Shown here piece by piece: positions 62,240 to 64,000 of a stretch of DNA of 64,000 nt; the first letter of the stretch is position 1, and each line of letters begins with the position of its first letter. Source of the DNA: an uncultured bacterium. GTDB lineage: Bacteria > Patescibacteriota > Minisyncoccia > Phycocordibacterales > GWA1-40-21. A model generated the notes under the pieces. It made no database searches, had not been told where the DNA came from, and saw nothing but the letters and a program-made list of their open reading frames with translations. The stretch spans positions 144-64,143 of the forward strand of contig CAILDB010000014.1 in NCBI GenBank assembly GCA_903832855.1. The letters are read 5' to 3'. Position numbers and translations under genes: made by a program.

Positions 62240-64000
62240 ATGCTTAACGAAGAAACACAATTAAAAGAGTTCATTATTGATTCTGGTCTTGTGACGAGAA
62301 CCGAATATGATGATACTGAAAATGAAGCCAAAAAAAATGGCAATAATGAAAAAGTTGGCAATTTACTTGTGAGTTACGGTAAACTTTCCGAAGATGATCT
62401 AAGGAGAGCCACCGCATATGTCTATGGCATTCCTTTTATTTCTTTAGCAAATCAAAAGATTGATTTTGCCACACTTTCTCTTATTCCCGAACCAGTGGCA
62501 AGAAAAAATAATATTATCGCCTTCAAGAAAAATTTTGATTCTTTGGAAGTTGCGATGCTAGATATTCAGGATCTTGCCTCCATCGAATTTATAAAAAAGA
62601 AAGTAGGACTAAAAATTTTATCTCGCCTCACCGATTCTGATTCTATTAAAAATGCTCTCCTTCAATACCAAAAGTCCTTGAAGGCCGAGTTTGGCGATAT
62701 GATTCAAAAAGATGTTTTGTCTTTGAAGAGTGTTGAGGCCTTTAAAACAAGTAAAAGTTCTCTGGAAGATGAACTCAAAAAGATGGCAGAAGATTTGCCT
62801 GTGGTTCGTATTGTGGACACACTTCTCAAGCACGCAGCTTTGCAAAATGCTTCCGATGTTCATATGGAATGTATGGAAAATCAGTTTCTCGTGCGATACA
62901 GAATTGACGGAATTCTCCACGATGCGATGGTCTTACCAAAAAATGCGTCTACAAGTATTACTGCGAGAATTAAAGTTTTGGCAAATTTAAAACTCGATGA
63001 AAAGCGTCTGCCTCAGGACGGAAGATTTAAAACAGATATAAATGGCGAGGCCGTTTCCTTTCGTGTCTCTGTTCTTCCGACATATTATGGTGAAAAAACC
63101 GTGATGAGACTTTTGCGAGAAAATCTTTCTGGATTTACTCTTGAGTCAATGGGTTTTCACGGGGAATGTTTGGAAAAAGTTTATGAAGCGACGAGAAAAG
63201 CAAATGGAATGATTCTCACCACTGGTCCGACTGGTTCCGGTAAAACAACGACTTTGTATTCAATTTTGGAAATATTAAATACTGTCGATGTGAATATTTC
63301 TACAATTGAAGACCCGATTGAATACCAAATACCAAGAATCAATCAAACACAAGTTAAACCGGAAATTGGTTTTACTTTTGCAAACGGACTTCGTTCTCTC
63401 GTCAGGCAAGATCCAGACATCATAATGGTTGGAGAAATCCGAGATAATGAAACAGCTTCTCTTGCAGTCAACGCCGCTCTTACCGGTCACTTAGTTTTAT
63501 CTACTTTACACACAAACAGTGCTGCCGGGGCAATTCCGCGACTTCTAGATATGAAAATAGAGCCGTTTTTGCTTGTTTCTACTATCAATGTTGTCTTGGC
63601 GCAAAGACTTGTCAGAAAACTAACTGCAAAAAGAGAAAAATATTTTCTTACAAAAGCAGAGTTGGATACTCTTGGAAAAAGAGTTGATCTAAACAGTGTT
63701 TTATCTTCTTTAAAAAAAGAAAACATCATTGGAAAAGATGATACTTGGGATAAAATTCCTTTTTATAAATTGAAATCTCCGGATGATGAGGCCGAAGGTT
63801 TTTCTGGAAGAATAGGAATTCACGAAGCATTTAATATGACTTCTACTATCAGAGAGCTCGTGATGAAAGGTGCCACAACTCAGGAGATTGAAGCGCAAGC
63901 AAAAAAAGAGGGAATGATGACGATGCTTGAAGATGGTATTTTTAAAGTAGTTCAGGGGACTACTACGATAGAAGAAGTATTAAGAGTTGTTTCAGAATAA
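62240..64000 (+). CDS. pilB: Type IV pilus assembly ATPase PilB/GspE (paralog 2).
   Basis: ILTTGPTGSGKTTTLYSIL; N-terminal GSPII-like domain. Confidence 0.8.
   Translation: MLNEETQLKEFIIDSGLVTRTEYDDTENEAKKNGNNEKVGNLLVSYGKLSEDDLRRATAYVYGIPFISLANQKIDFATLSLIPEPVARKNNIIAFKKNFDSLEVAMLDIQDLASIEFIKKKVGLKILSRLTDSDSIKNALLQYQKSLKAEFGDMIQKDVLSLKSVEAFKTSKSSLEDELKKMAEDLPVVRIVDTLLKHAALQNASDVHMECMENQFLVRYRIDGILHDAMVLPKNASTSITARIKVLANLKLDEKRLPQDGRFKTDINGEAVSFRVSVLPTYYGEKTVMRLLRENLSGFTLESMGFHGECLEKVYEATRKANGMILTTGPTGSGKTTTLYSILEILNTVDVNISTIEDPIEYQIPRINQTQVKPEIGFTFANGLRSLVRQDPDIIMVGEIRDNETASLAVNAALTGHLVLSTLHTNSAAGAIPRLLDMKIEPFLLVSTINVVLAQRLVRKLTAKREKYFLTKAELDTLGKRVDLNSVLSSLKKENIIGKDDTWDKIPFYKLKSPDDEAEGFSGRIGIHEAFNMTSTIRELVMKGATTQEIEAQAKKEGMMTMLEDGIFKVVQGTTTIEEVLRVVSE

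Noticed and set aside
1-64000. CRISPR arrays, rRNA genes, transposase/IS elements
   Set aside because: No regularly spaced direct repeats, no rRNA-like conserved segments and no transposase-like ORFs were seen. The only recombinase is the Xer-type gene at 221.

Overview
Low-GC (~35%) chromosomal segment with compact genes and reduced proteins, most likely from a Candidate Phyla Radiation / Patescibacteria-like bacterium. It contains the replication-origin neighbourhood: jag-yidC-rnpA-rpmH on the minus strand facing dnaA-dnaN-DUF721 on the plus strand. Housekeeping genes include xth, cca, comM, pcrA/uvrD, ksgA, a class A PBP, tyrS, ruvC, yebC, ruvB, tsaE, polA, tig and nusA. Two tRNAs lack an encoded CCA. 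Two PilB/GspE ATPases and a T4SS-like cluster (VirB4-like, VirB6/TrbL-like, VirB2-like pilin, secreted proteins) are present.

The main finding is a complete diversity-generating retroelement (DGR) between polA and tig. It comprises a Bro-N protein, a 611-aa target gene with a C-terminal variable region (VR), a template repeat (TR) 513 bp downstream whose every mismatch to VR sits at a TR adenine, an Avd-like gene on the opposite strand, an 11-G homopolymer, and an RT carrying the DGR-specific IGNLTSQ motif.

Other notable items:
- a XerC/D-type recombinase interrupted by a LAGLIDADG intein and by an in-frame palindromic-element insertion;
- a LexA-like(S24)-DNA methyltransferase fusion convergent with a putative restriction endonuclease;
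- several families of palindromic, hairpin-forming repeats, one of which shows compensatory base-pair changes between copies and sits inside the loops of pre-existing terminator palindromes;
- dispersed perfect DnaA boxes;
- a duplicated tRNA-Gly 3' fragment;
- candidate small RNAs;
- an orphan MazF-like toxin;
- a conserved palindromic promoter/operator motif shared by the DGR cassette and a T4SS-cluster gene.
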